The position numbers and the translations under genes are program-made. Shown in pieces: positions 1 to 9,872 of a stretch of 64,000 nt of DNA. Source of the DNA: Candidatus Obscuribacteraceae bacterium (lineage in GTDB: Bacteria; Cyanobacteriota; Vampirovibrionia; Obscuribacterales; Obscuribacteraceae); assembly GCA_044229845.1 (NCBI GenBank), contig JBGASG010000013.1, forward strand, positions 1-64,000, in the 5' to 3' direction. The notes under the pieces are model-generated. The model was not told the origin of the DNA, searched no databases, and was given only the letters and a program-made list of their open reading frames with translations. The stretch's first letter is position 1. Every line of letters starts with the position of its first letter.

Positions 1-50
<50 letters not shown>

Positions 51-155
51 GTACTGAGTTTTTAATGGTAGCATAGTTCGCCTCCCGATCTTGAACCCGG
101 GCTAAAGCTGTGCTAATTCAACAGCCGCCAGCGGGCGCGAAAGGCTCACCAACGC

Positions 156-611
156 ATGAAAGCTGTACTGCAAAGAGTCAGCAAAGCATCTGTAACAGTT
201 GATGGAAACGTCGTCGGGTCCATCGATACCGGCTTGATGATTCTCGTCGGCGTCGAACAGGGCGACAGCGAGAGCGACAGCGCGTTTCTCGCCCGAAAAT
301 CAGCAGAAATGCGCATTTTTCCGGATGAGGAAGGCAAGATGAACCGCTCGCTGACCGATGTCGGCGGCAGAGCACTGGTGATTTCGCAATTCACTTTAGT
401 TGCCGATTGGAAGAAGGGTCGCCGTCCCAGCTTCATCAAAGCCGCTCCACCAGAGGAAGGCAATCGGCTCTATGAGCACTTCGCGCAAGAGATGCGTGCA
501 CTGGGAGTGCACGTCGAGACCGGCGTATTCGGCGCGCACATGGATGTGTCGCTGGTAAACGACGGTCCCGTCACGATCTTGCTGGAATATCAATCAGCTC
601 GCGGTGATTGA
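156..611 (+). CDS. dtd: D-aminoacyl-tRNA deacylase
   Basis: [13 protein letters not shown] and NDGPVT motifs. Confidence 0.97.
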   Translation: MKAVLQRVSKASVTVDGNVVGSIDTGLMILVGVEQGDSESDSAFLARKSAEMRIFPDEEGKMNRSLTDVGGRALVISQFTLVADWKKGRRPSFIKAAPPEEGNRLYEHFAQEMRALGVHVETGVFGAHMDVSLVNDGPVTILLEYQSARGD

Positions 612-619
612 TACCACAT

Positions 620-1132
620 CTAATGGTCCCGATCCGCGATCTGCTCAGCCAGTGCCAGCTTACGCCGCACTTCCGCCGTGCGAGAGATGTCGCCGACAAA
701 TTCCAGTCGTTGATCGCCAAATCGGGCTACTACGGTCGGTGTAAAGACAACCCCGTCCGTTTCTGCGGCGCCCGGGTTGCGATCGACGTTGACCACTCGT
801 ATCGAGTAAGTCTCCATCTCACGATCTGCAAGCACCTCTCGCAGATTGGTAAAAGCCTGGTTTCGCCGTCCTGCCACATACAATGTGAATTGCCAGCCGT
901 CAGTCCGTTCGCCGGAAACCGGCATTTCCAGGACCTTGCCGTCTGTCTCAATCTCACCATGCCACTCACTCATTTGGGACTCGATGTCGTCCAAGCGCAG
1001 CTGCGAGGCTTCGGCTTGCTTCGAGATCTCATCCGCCAGGTCATCGTACCCACGCTGCTGAGCGAGGAAGTAGAGCCAATCCAGATCCCGCATGGGTTCG
1101 TTGTTTTCTTCTGCTCTTGTATTCTCGTTCAT
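620..1132 (-). CDS. KaiB-like (thioredoxin-fold clock family) protein with an acidic N-terminal extension
   Basis: C-terminal ~90 aa FTLYVAG...YSIRVVNVDRNPGAAETDGVVFTPTVV...FVGDIS match the KaiB pattern LKLYVAG...LKVIDV.KNPQLAEEDKILATPTL...IIGDLS. Confidence 0.8.
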   Translation of the reverse strand: MNENTRAEENNEPMRDLDWLYFLAQQRGYDDLADEISKQAEASQLRLDDIESQMSEWHGEIETDGKVLEMPVSGERTDGWQFTLYVAGRRNQAFTNLREVLADREMETYSIRVVNVDRNPGAAETDGVVFTPTVVARFGDQRLEFVGDISRTAEVRRKLALAEQIADRDH

Positions 1133-1284
1133 TTCGTATCACTCCAATGAGAGCATCCGCCCCTCTTGCGAAGGGCTCTTTGCGCCTCCCCAGAGCAGAC
1201 GCGATAGGTGCGATTGGGTTCCGAAAACGCATGGTTAAACGTGACGAATTTAAGATTCGCCGTCGACCATCTCAGACAAAAACC

Positions 1285-2013
1285 TCAGGCCTGCGGCACC
1301 TGCTGCGGATCCGCGGCGGCACGCTCGCGCATCAGATTGCCGAGCGATTGATGATCGTCCGCACCAAGCAGCTCGCGAACCGCCGTACGCAATTGCTTCT
1401 GCACTTCTTCCACGGGCGCATCGGCAGCCACGACGCGGAAGTTGTATTCACCGATGGCGCGCTCGTATTCCTGCAGAATCTTGGATTGATAGAGCTTGAA
1501 TGATTGATAGAGGTCGGTCGACATACCGATGTCCCGTCCCGACTCGTAGAAGTCCAGACCACCGCGGGTGGTGATGATTCGACGCAACAGTGCGTCCAGA
1601 TTCATTTTCAAATAGAAGACCAGATCGGGTTCGACAGCAAAGCCGTACACCTTGCGAACCCAGGCCGGATCGGCGCCGCGGACGACGTCGCGAGCGAACG
1701 CGGTATATGTATAGCGGTCGGCAATCACCGTCAGACCAGCCTTGAGCGCCGGCAGAATCACGTGATTGAGCCGGTCCGCCAGGTCGGTTGCATAGAGCAA
1801 TGAGAAGGTAATCGTATTGAGTGCGTTCTTGGATTTGGCTTTGTCAATGACGCGCGAAATCAGTTCGGACGACTTCCACTCCGTGAGCACCACGCCGAAG
1901 CCCTCCACTTCCAGCCAGTGTTGCAGAAGCGCCGCATGAGTCGAACGTCCAACACCGTCGGTGCCTTCAATAACGACAAGTTTTCCTGGATATGGATGCG
2001 CCACTTGGTTCAC
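1285..2013 (-). CDS. Thymidylate-kinase-like protein, copy 2 (P-loop Lys replaced by Arg)
   Basis: IEGTDGVGRST P-loop variant, ADRY motif, paralog of the adjacent gene. Confidence 0.9.
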   Translation of the reverse strand: MNQVAHPYPGKLVVIEGTDGVGRSTHAALLQHWLEVEGFGVVLTEWKSSELISRVIDKAKSKNALNTITFSLLYATDLADRLNHVILPALKAGLTVIADRYTYTAFARDVVRGADPAWVRKVYGFAVEPDLVFYLKMNLDALLRRIITTRGGLDFYESGRDIGMSTDLYQSFKLYQSKILQEYERAIGEYNFRVVAADAPVEEVQKQLRTAVRELLGADDHQSLGNLMRERAAADPQQVPQA

Positions 2014-2025
2014 TACCTCAGCTGA

Positions 2026-2700
2026 TTATTTGGAGGTGACGCCGAGAATCTCGGAGGCACGCTCGCGGAAGAACATTTGCTGCTCGTGGATTGGATGGGT
2101 TGCCGGCATGACGTTGAAGCCGAACTCACCGATCATGTTGTCGTACTCATTGATGATCATGGTCTGGAACAGCTGGAAAGACTCTTTGGGGTCGGTAGAC
2201 AGACCGACGTCCATGCCCGACTCGTAATATCCCGGCACACGGCTGTGCGTGATGCGCTGGAGAGAAACTTCAACCGGCACCTGGAAGTAGAAGGCGCCAT
2301 CCGGACGAATGGAGAAACCATATAGGTTGCGCACCCACTCTTTATCGACACCGCGAGCGACGTCGCGAGCAAATGCTGTGAAGCAATAGCGATCGGCAAG
2401 TACAAACAATCCAGCCTTCAAGGCTGGAATGATGATGTTCTCCAGCCGGTCGGCGAAGTCTGTAGCGTGCAAAATGCTGAACGTAATCGGAATCAACTGG
2501 TTGTTCCGCTTCGCCTGCTTGATGGTTTTGGAAATTAGTTTTGAGGAGTTCCACTCAGTGAAGACGACGCTGTGTCCGCGCGCTTCGAGCCAGTTGTGCA
2601 AAAGATTGAGCTGGGTCGATTTGCCCGAACCGTCAACGCCTTCAACGACTATGAGTTTTCCCGGGTAGTTGTGCTTTTGAAATAAACGCATGCCCATCAT
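2026..2700 (-). CDS. Thymidylate-kinase-like protein, copy 1 (true start may be ATG at 2691)
   Basis: VEGVDGSGKST P-loop, ADRY motif, TEWNSS in place of canonical TREPG. Confidence 0.92.
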   Translation of the reverse strand: MMGMRLFQKHNYPGKLIVVEGVDGSGKSTQLNLLHNWLEARGHSVVFTEWNSSKLISKTIKQAKRNNQLIPITFSILHATDFADRLENIIIPALKAGLFVLADRYCFTAFARDVARGVDKEWVRNLYGFSIRPDGAFYFQVPVEVSLQRITHSRVPGYYESGMDVGLSTDPKESFQLFQTMIINEYDNMIGEFGFNVMPATHPIHEQQMFFRERASEILGVTSK

Positions 2701-2765
2701 TATAGATCGTCAGATCTTAAATTTAGTTTCCTGGCACACAGGCTCTTGTGTTCTACACTGTGCCC

Positions 2766-3662
2766 ATGATGACAATATCCACTAAGAAAACCAGATTCAC
2801 AGCCCTCCTGGCGGTCAGCATTGCGCTCATGACAACCGCCGCTTATGCGCACAAAGAGGACGCGGACGACAACGCCCCGCTCGAAGAGCTGAAAGCCATA
2901 ACCGGCGCCATACCTGGTTCCACGCCGGCAATTGATGATGTAAAAGCCATCCCTGGTGAAGCGGCGGAAGACATCACCGACAAACTCAAAGAAGAAGCGG
3001 CGGGCGGCGAAGCCACTAATGATGAGGACAGAGAGAAAGCTTGCGACACATTAGCAGGTTCTCCAGATCCGCACGACTACGATCCGGTCCCCTATTATGA
3101 GCAAGGACTAACGGCGCTGAAGGCGAAACGCTATCAGGACGCCCTCGATTGCTTCAACCACGCTCTGAAGATCGACCCCAATTTCTACAAAGCGTCATTT
3201 CAAAAAGCTGTGGTTTTTCAGGTAACCGGTTATCCCGACCAGGCGATCAGACGCTACGAACAGCTGGTCAAATACCATCCGGAGATGGCGGAAGCGCACA
3301 TCAATCTGGGGTCGCTGTATCGCGACCGCGACAAGATTCGTGCCGAACACGAATTTCGCAAAGCCATCGAACTCTACTATTACTCGCTGCCGGCGCACTA
3401 CAACCTGGCTAACCTGCTGCTCGACATGGGTCGGTACGAAGAAGCCATGAAGGAATACAAGGCTTGCCTGAAGTTCAATCGCAAGACCGCCTTCATCCAC
3501 AACAATATGGGCGTCATCTACCAGAAGAAAAAGTATTACGAGGAAGCAGCGCAGGAATTCACCGTCGCTCTGCGTTTGTCTCCGCAAAACAAAATCTTCC
3601 AGGACAACCTGCGGGCTGCCAGAAAGCACATTGCCGGTGCTCCGGTACCGGGCACGCAATAG
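2766..3662 (+). CDS. Secreted TPR-repeat protein
   Basis: Signal peptide ending AYA, acidic linker, multiple TPRs (e.g. AEAHINLGSLY, PAHYNLANLL). Start moved to ATG 2766. Confidence 0.9.
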   Translation: MMTISTKKTRFTALLAVSIALMTTAAYAHKEDADDNAPLEELKAITGAIPGSTPAIDDVKAIPGEAAEDITDKLKEEAAGGEATNDEDREKACDTLAGSPDPHDYDPVPYYEQGLTALKAKRYQDALDCFNHALKIDPNFYKASFQKAVVFQVTGYPDQAIRRYEQLVKYHPEMAEAHINLGSLYRDRDKIRAEHEFRKAIELYYYSLPAHYNLANLLLDMGRYEEAMKEYKACLKFNRKTAFIHNNMGVIYQKKKYYEEAAQEFTVALRLSPQNKIFQDNLRAARKHIAGAPVPGTQ

Positions 3663-3677
3663 CTCACGCGCAACTGC

Positions 3678-4499
3678 TTAGTTGATCGAAAGTCCGAGAT
3701 CGTTGGTGAGCAAGACTTCCAGCTCTTGTCCCGGCTGCAAGCTGACGTTGTCTCCCGTACGAAACAGCGCGATGGCACTGCTACCAATGGCGGTGGCAAC
3801 AATCGGAGCTCCCAGAGTAGCGACGTTGGCGGCCACAAGAGCGCCGTTCGTGGAACCATCGGGATTGACACCTGCTACCGATTTGACCGCCGAGTTGACA
3901 CGGGTGCCGAGGTTGGTGCCGGGATCGAGCTGACCGGTTTTATTGGTCATGCCTTTTTGAAACTCCAGAGCCGCATCAAGTGGTATCACTTCGCCGGTCG
4001 GGGTGACGATCTGATCCAGCTTCAAGCCGATTTTGGCGGCGCGGCTCAGCAAGCGGGGTTTGACGATTTCGACAACACGTCCGCGCACCAGGCTGCCCCG
4101 GGCCAGAATCAATGAACGACCGAGAAACAGATCTTCTTTGACGTGCGCTTCGAAAATATCTCCGGGTCGGCTGACTTTGGCATCGATGGGATATTCGAGC
4201 ACCAGCTTCATGCGGGTGGAGACCGGCAAGGTCGCCGACTCGACATTGGCTTGCAAAGGCGTTCCCGGTGCTTGCGACGTCAATCCTTGTTGCGGCGAAA
4301 TGTTGCCGGGCGGTGCATAGTCCGGGACGTTTTTCGGCTCTATGCGTTGCGGCACCATGGATGGTGCGGAGTTGGTGCCGGGCACGAAAATGGGAGGACG
4401 CAGATCGGTCGTATTGGCTGCAGCCGGCTGTGGTAGGTTTCCTGCCAGCAAAACCGCACTCAGTGCGCCGAACAACAATGCGTCGCCTTTTCTCACCAT
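3678..4499 (-). CDS. Secreted hypothetical protein with a TrbI/VirB10-like beta domain
   Basis: AGGAGG SD before ATG 4499, signal peptide, Pro-rich linker, GSLVRGRVVEI...LKLDQIVTPTG motif. Confidence 0.65.
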   Translation of the reverse strand: MVRKGDALLFGALSAVLLAGNLPQPAAANTTDLRPPIFVPGTNSAPSMVPQRIEPKNVPDYAPPGNISPQQGLTSQAPGTPLQANVESATLPVSTRMKLVLEYPIDAKVSRPGDIFEAHVKEDLFLGRSLILARGSLVRGRVVEIVKPRLLSRAAKIGLKLDQIVTPTGEVIPLDAALEFQKGMTNKTGQLDPGTNLGTRVNSAVKSVAGVNPDGSTNGALVAANVATLGAPIVATAIGSSAIALFRTGDNVSLQPGQELEVLLTNDLGLSIN

Positions 4500-4576
4500 C
4501 AATCCTCCTGACAATCGCCAGAGCAATTCCACGACGCATTGTACGCCACCACGAGCAAGCGCGCCGGGTCAGCTGT

Positions 4577-5335
4577 CTAAACAGCCAGCAGCGCTTTCTC
4601 GACGGCTTCCACGTCTTCGGGACGATCGACCGCCAGCGAGCGGTGCGCAACCGGCACCACCATTATGCGAATGCCATTCTCGAGAGCACGCAACTGTTCT
4701 AGTTTCTCAATCTCTTCCAGAGGCGTCGAAGGCAGCTGCGAGATGGAAAGCAGCGTCTGCCTGCGATAAACATAGAGCCCCAGGTGTCCCCAGTGTTTGG
4801 TCTGGTTGAAGCCCAGCTGATCGCGGTCGTGCGGGATTGGTGAGCGTGAAAAATAAAGTGCAAATCCGTTCTTATCAAGCACGACTTTGACTACGTTTGG
4901 ATTGAGAAACTCTTCCTCCGACTTGATCGGCGCGCAAAGCGTGGACATGGAGATGTCCGGCGCATCAAGCAACGGGCCGACCGCTGCATCAATATTGCCC
5001 GGGTCTATGAGCGGTTCGTCGCCCTGGACATTGACGATGATATCGAGGTCTGGGCGGGCGGCAGCGACCTCGGCCAGGCGATCGGTACCGTTTATATGAT
5101 CGTCCCGCGTCAACACGACCGTGCCGCCGAAACCGGAAACAGCGTCGAAAATGCGCTGATCATCGGTAGCAACGATCACTTCGTCCAACAGCTGGGCTTG
5201 GCTTGCCTGCCGATAGACGCGCTCGATCATCGAAACTCCGCCGATGGGCACCAGCGGCTTGCCGGGGAATCGCGTCGATGCGTAGCGGGCGGGAATAATC
5301 GCCGCAACTCGGGTTTTCTGGCACTTTTCATTCAT
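4577..5335 (-). CDS. kdsB: 3-deoxy-manno-octulosonate cytidylyltransferase
   Basis: IIPARYASTRFPGKPL, NVQGDEP, LEQLRALENG. Confidence 0.97.
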   Translation of the reverse strand: MNEKCQKTRVAAIIPARYASTRFPGKPLVPIGGVSMIERVYRQASQAQLLDEVIVATDDQRIFDAVSGFGGTVVLTRDDHINGTDRLAEVAAARPDLDIIVNVQGDEPLIDPGNIDAAVGPLLDAPDISMSTLCAPIKSEEEFLNPNVVKVVLDKNGFALYFSRSPIPHDRDQLGFNQTKHWGHLGLYVYRRQTLLSISQLPSTPLEEIEKLEQLRALENGIRIMVVPVAHRSLAVDRPEDVEAVEKALLAV

Positions 5336-5580
5336 AGGTCAGTCATTTTAATCGCTTGCCGGACGCCATCCACACTGGCACTGCAGGCTCATTTAATGTT
5401 AATTTGGAGCGGTCCAAACACCATTTTTTGGCTATCGTCGCCGCAGCCGCAGGTTTTCGAGGTTGCCAACAGCGGGAATATGAGTGATAACAAATACATG
5501 CGCGCCTAATTCCGCTGAAACTACAGTCAACCTCATCGTATGACCAACGACGTGTTGTCCGAACCCGGAGGGTACTCATC

Positions 5581-6102
5581 TTGTCGAATTGCCGATGTTT
5601 CGACGCTGTTCAGAGCTCTGACGGTCACCAAGATGCTGAGCTGGTAGACGTAGCAAAACGCGTAATGCGGTCGGCTAGCGACCCGGTAACCGCGGTCGTA
5701 CGCTTCTTGCAAGAAAGACCGGAAGGCGTTTCTTTGCCGGGGTTTCTGGTCGCTCGCATTCTCCACGAATCGTTCGACGGACTGGAAAACGTTCCCGGGA
5801 TTATCAGAGTCCTGACCGGACACGTTCACGAGATCATCCGCCACTCCAACGTCATCGACATCATCAACGAACATCCAGCCATGGAACGCTGGGGCACATA
5901 CCTGATTAAGCAGAAAGACCGCATCAAGTTCGAAGTCGGTCTGGAAAAAGGTAAACTTGCCCTGAAAAACATGAGCGGACTGGTTGCTATTGAGCACGGC
6001 ATTGAATTGCCGCTGGAAAAAATCCTGATCGTCCCGCCGAAGCTGGAAGTTACCCTGCGACTCGGTCTGCTCTCTCCCAAGAGAGTAGTGGATATTGTCT
6101 GA
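5581..6102 (+). CDS. Hypothetical protein
   Basis: GGAGG SD before TTG, coding-like composition, 8-nt overlap with the next gene. Confidence 0.75.
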   Translation: MSNCRCFDAVQSSDGHQDAELVDVAKRVMRSASDPVTAVVRFLQERPEGVSLPGFLVARILHESFDGLENVPGIIRVLTGHVHEIIRHSNVIDIINEHPAMERWGTYLIKQKDRIKFEVGLEKGKLALKNMSGLVAIEHGIELPLEKILIVPPKLEVTLRLGLLSPKRVVDIV

Positions 6103-6859
6103 TCTAAAGCAGCCCCAAATCATCGCCCATCGCGGCGGCCGGGAATGGGCCCCCGAAAATACGCTGGCAGCCTTCAAAAAGAGCATCGATCTGAAGGTCG
6201 ACGGCATCGAGCTGGACATCCACCGGTGCAAGAGCGGCGAACTGGTCGTCATCCATGACGATGACTTGAACCGCACCACCAATGGTGGCGGCTATGTGAA
6301 AGACGCCACCCTCGACGAACTGCGTCGCCTGTCGGCCGGAGCCTGGTACAACCAGGAATTCGCCTCAGAGCGCATCCCCACGATGAAGGAAGTGCTCGAT
6401 TTCGTAAACGGCGATCTGATCATCAATATCGAAATCAAAAACACGCCGATGAACTATGTAGGCATCGACGACGAACTGATCGAGCTCTTGAAGCCGTACA
6501 AGCATCGAGACAAGATTATCGTTTCATCCTTCGATCATAAGATCATCCAGTCGTTTCACAAAAAAGAACCTGAGATTCCGATCGCGGTGCTGGCGGCGGC
6601 CCGTTTCGTAGACCTCGGCGACTACTGCAAGAAGGTCGGTGCCAACTATTTCCATCCAGCGTTCGATTGCTCGACGGAAGATGCGATTCGCGAAGCGCAC
6701 GATGCAAAACTGCACGTCAACTCCTGGACTATCAACGCACCGCGCGACTGGAAGACGTCTCTCAAGTGGCAGATCGACGGCATTGTCACCGACGACCCGG
6801 CCGGACTCAAGAAGTTTCTCGCCGAGGTGAATAAGTCATTGAGCCTGGGCAGCCGGTAG
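6095..6859 (+). CDS. Glycerophosphodiester phosphodiesterase
   Basis: IIAHRGG, PENTLAAF, IELDI, HD, NIEIK, GIVTDDP. Confidence 0.95.
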   Translation: MSDLKQPQIIAHRGGREWAPENTLAAFKKSIDLKVDGIELDIHRCKSGELVVIHDDDLNRTTNGGGYVKDATLDELRRLSAGAWYNQEFASERIPTMKEVLDFVNGDLIINIEIKNTPMNYVGIDDELIELLKPYKHRDKIIVSSFDHKIIQSFHKKEPEIPIAVLAAARFVDLGDYCKKVGANYFHPAFDCSTEDAIREAHDAKLHVNSWTINAPRDWKTSLKWQIDGIVTDDPAGLKKFLAEVNKSLSLGSR

Positions 6860-7690
6860 CTGTTGCTTGTCTTTTGTCTCGCGATCGCATTGTTGGATGA
6901 AAGACAGTAAGCGCTCGTAGACCGGTGCGCCGCATTCATCTAAAGGATGCGAGCCTGGAAAGAACGAGATGTCCTTTTTGCAATTGGCCGCTTTATAGAT
7001 GGCGCTGGACCAGGCAGGAGGCTCCACGACATCGAAGATGCCGGAGATCACCAGCAGTCGCCGGTCACCGAATGACTGCACCGGATTGGCTCCGTAGGGC
7101 TGGCTGGAGAGTGCGGCGGCGGCGATCACCTGCGGCTCCAGAGACGCGGCGGCGATTGATGTGGCAGCACCAAGAGAGTGCCCGACGACAATGATGCGCG
7201 AGTTGCCTCGACTTTGAAGAAACTCTACAGCCGCGCGCATGTCGTGCACAGTTTCATCAAAGGGAGCGCGCTTGCGCAAACAAAGATGGACAGCCGAAAA
7301 GCCTTGTTGCTTGAGCGAGGCGCCAAGCCGGTTGTAGACGTTTTGCGCCGGTGAATCGAAGCCACCGCCGATGCCACCGACAAAGGCAACACCCAGGGTC
7401 GAACCGGGAACCAGAAATGTTTGCATTTTGATTGGTCCGCGCCCGGAGTTAATTATCTCGATGGGCGGATCGGCAATCAGTTGCGCGCTCTCGGTCAATG
7501 TAATAGTAGGTTTAGTGGATACTTTCCAGCTGTCATCCACCACTGCCGGCAGCGGCAGATGCAGATTAATACCCGCCGGCAAAAAGAGCGGATAAAGCGG
7601 GTTGAGGTCGTAGAAAATCGCCAGTCCGCTGGAAAGCAACAGCCAGGGCAGAAGGCGTCGCCAGAGTTTCTTCCGCGGTTTGTCGGGCAT
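6836..7690 (-). CDS. Membrane-anchored alpha/beta hydrolase
   Basis: N-terminal TM, GHSLG nucleophile elbow, candidate Asp (GIFD) and His (GSH). Confidence 0.85.
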   Translation of the reverse strand: MPDKPRKKLWRRLLPWLLLSSGLAIFYDLNPLYPLFLPAGINLHLPLPAVVDDSWKVSTKPTITLTESAQLIADPPIEIINSGRGPIKMQTFLVPGSTLGVAFVGGIGGGFDSPAQNVYNRLGASLKQQGFSAVHLCLRKRAPFDETVHDMRAAVEFLQSRGNSRIIVVGHSLGAATSIAAASLEPQVIAAAALSSQPYGANPVQSFGDRRLLVISGIFDVVEPPAWSSAIYKAANCKKDISFFPGSHPLDECGAPVYERLLSFIQQCDRETKDKQQLPAAQAQ

Positions 7691-7699
7691 TTTCCTACA

Positions 7700-8104
7700 C
7701 TACATCTGCTGTCGAACGACTTTGGAGATCAATGGAATCGGCGGCATTTTGCCAAGCAACGCACCGACCATTCCATAGACGAGCAAGAGGTAGAGCGCCT
7801 TGATGATGATATCGACCGTCAACGCGATGCCGCCGATAATGGCATCTGAGTGTGCGTTCGCTCCGCCTGTGAACATCTGCACGATGCCGGCGACCACCAT
7901 GATAAAGATTCCGGTGCACCAGTTGAGCAGAAAAAAGATGATCGTCAAAATAATCGACTGCAGAAAGTGATACCGGAAAAACTGGGTCTGATTCGGGCGA
8001 GCGATGATGATATAGAGAATTCCCGCCAGCCCTCCGGTCAGGTAGCAGACGCCGGAGATAATGCGCTCTTTGGCGTTAGGTTGGTTGGCGACGCGCCAGG
8101 GCAT
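7700..8104 (-). CDS. DUF4870/Tic20-like membrane protein
   Basis: Three TM segments, FFRYHFLQSI and GKMPPIPLI motifs. Confidence 0.7.
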   Translation of the reverse strand: MPWRVANQPNAKERIISGVCYLTGGLAGILYIIIARPNQTQFFRYHFLQSIILTIIFFLLNWCTGIFIMVVAGIVQMFTGGANAHSDAIIGGIALTVDIIIKALYLLLVYGMVGALLGKMPPIPLISKVVRQQM

Positions 8105-8180
8105 GGATGCGAATCCTCGAAACAGCAGGCTATATAGCGCATTTATACAACGTCTGGAGAAGCGCAGCCATTAAAGTCTG

Positions 8181-9473
8181 CTAGGCCGGACCCTGTCCAT
8201 AGGCAGTCGATTCGTCCTGCCGTTCGCGCAAGAAGTGCAGCAGTCGGTCTTGCGGGACCTTCGACTGCTCTCCGCCACGCATGTCTTTTACAGTGACTGT
8301 CCCACTGGAAAGCTCGTCTTCACCCTGAATTACCGTCCAGGAAACCCCCAGCTTGTTGGCGCGCTCGAGCTGTTTGCCGAATGCCCTGGACTTCTGTCCG
8401 GTAGCCGGAAAGTCCATTTCGCAGGAGAAGCCTTCGCGCCTGATGGCTGTAGCCAGCTGCAGGGCACCTTCGGTCGTGTGCGCCACCACGAATACAAATG
8501 GTGCCGCCGGCTGACTGTCGGACAGGAGGAGACGCCAGCGCTCCATGCCCAGCGCCCAACCGACGCCGGCAGTCGGAGAGCCACCGAGCATCTCGACCAG
8601 ATAGTCGTAGCGCCCGCCTCCGAGAATAGTCGACTGCGCTCCCAGGCGTGGATCGTCGACGATGATCTCGAACACGGTGCGGCTGTAATAATCTAATCCG
8701 CGCACCAGCCTCTCATTGACCACCAGGGGCACATCCAGTTGACCGCAAAGAGCCAGGAAGCCCTGCCAGTGTTCCTCGCACTCGGCGCACAGATGATTGA
8801 TGGCGGCCGGCAGATCGTTGTACTGCCCCTGACACTTCTCGTTTTTGCAGTCGAGCATGCGCAATGGATTGCGTTCGAAACGATCGTGGCAGTCTTCGCA
8901 AAGCTGATCGAGTTTGGCTCTCAGAGCCTCTTTTAGAATTTCGCGATAGGCGGGACGGCAGTTTTTGCAGCCGATGGAATTGACATTGACTTTGAAATTG
9001 TCGATGCCGACACGTTGCAAAAGATCGACGCCGATCAAGAGCACTTCCGCATCGATAGCCGGTCCGGCGCTGCCGAAGACTTCGACGCCCGTCTGGTGAA
9101 ACTGTCTCTGGCGGCCGGTCTGAGTGCGCTCATAACGGAACATCGGACCCATGTACCAGAGCTTCACCGGTGCCGGCTGCCTGGACAACCCGTTGGTAAG
9201 ATAAGAACGAACAACGCCGGCCGTGCACTCCGGACGCAATGTCAGCGAGCGGTTCGACTTGTCCTCGAACGTGTACATTTCTTTATTGACAATATCCGTA
9301 GTTTCACCGACGCCGCGATGAAACAACTCAGTGTGCTCAAAAATCGGCACCCGAATTTCTTTGTAGCCGTAGTTCTGGATGGTTGAGCGCAAAATCTGCT
9401 CAAGCCGCTGCCAGCCGTCGGTGTCCGGCGGCAGAATGTCGTAAGTTCCTCTTGGCGGCTGAATCTGGGGCAT
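8181..9473 (-). CDS. hisS: Histidine--tRNA ligase
   Basis: PRGTYD, KEMYTF, LRPECTA, FRYER, LVRGLDYY, GGGRYD. Confidence 0.98.
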   Translation of the reverse strand: MPQIQPPRGTYDILPPDTDGWQRLEQILRSTIQNYGYKEIRVPIFEHTELFHRGVGETTDIVNKEMYTFEDKSNRSLTLRPECTAGVVRSYLTNGLSRQPAPVKLWYMGPMFRYERTQTGRQRQFHQTGVEVFGSAGPAIDAEVLLIGVDLLQRVGIDNFKVNVNSIGCKNCRPAYREILKEALRAKLDQLCEDCHDRFERNPLRMLDCKNEKCQGQYNDLPAAINHLCAECEEHWQGFLALCGQLDVPLVVNERLVRGLDYYSRTVFEIIVDDPRLGAQSTILGGGRYDYLVEMLGGSPTAGVGWALGMERWRLLLSDSQPAAPFVFVVAHTTEGALQLATAIRREGFSCEMDFPATGQKSRAFGKQLERANKLGVSWTVIQGEDELSSGTVTVKDMRGGEQSKVPQDRLLHFLRERQDESTAYGQGPA

Positions 9474-9872
9474 TGGTCAATTATAAATCCACCGACTCCG
9501 GTGTCGCCACCGAGATGCCACAATGCGACGTTTCTTTAATAGAAGAGTCGCTCACTTCGGCACCATATCCGGTATCACTGCCGCGCCTGTCCGGGCCGCC
9601 CACGCTACCATATGCGATACCACCGGCAGACACCCGGTGATGGCTCGACAGTCCCCGGTCCCAAAGGTGCGCCCACATCCTGGCAGTTTTCACGCCTTAG
9701 TTCTAAATCGCCCGCCGGGAGGCTCATTTGCCGGTTCTGCCATAAAAGCCTGCCCCCACTGTCCGATATTCCGCCTCAATCAAGTTAATGAGACTCCACC
9801 AGATGAATACATACGGATGACGATCAGACCTTAAATCGATTGATATTAGGCGCTGGTGGGCAGAAAGGGTGT

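Noticed and set aside
9569..9626. T-box-like GGTGGTATCGC upstream of hisS (minus strand) inside an inverted repeat with a UGG bulge
   Set aside because: The bulge is not UGGNACC, and I found no Stem I motifs or terminator. A TATAAT 6 nt before the hisS ATG points to a leaderless transcript instead.
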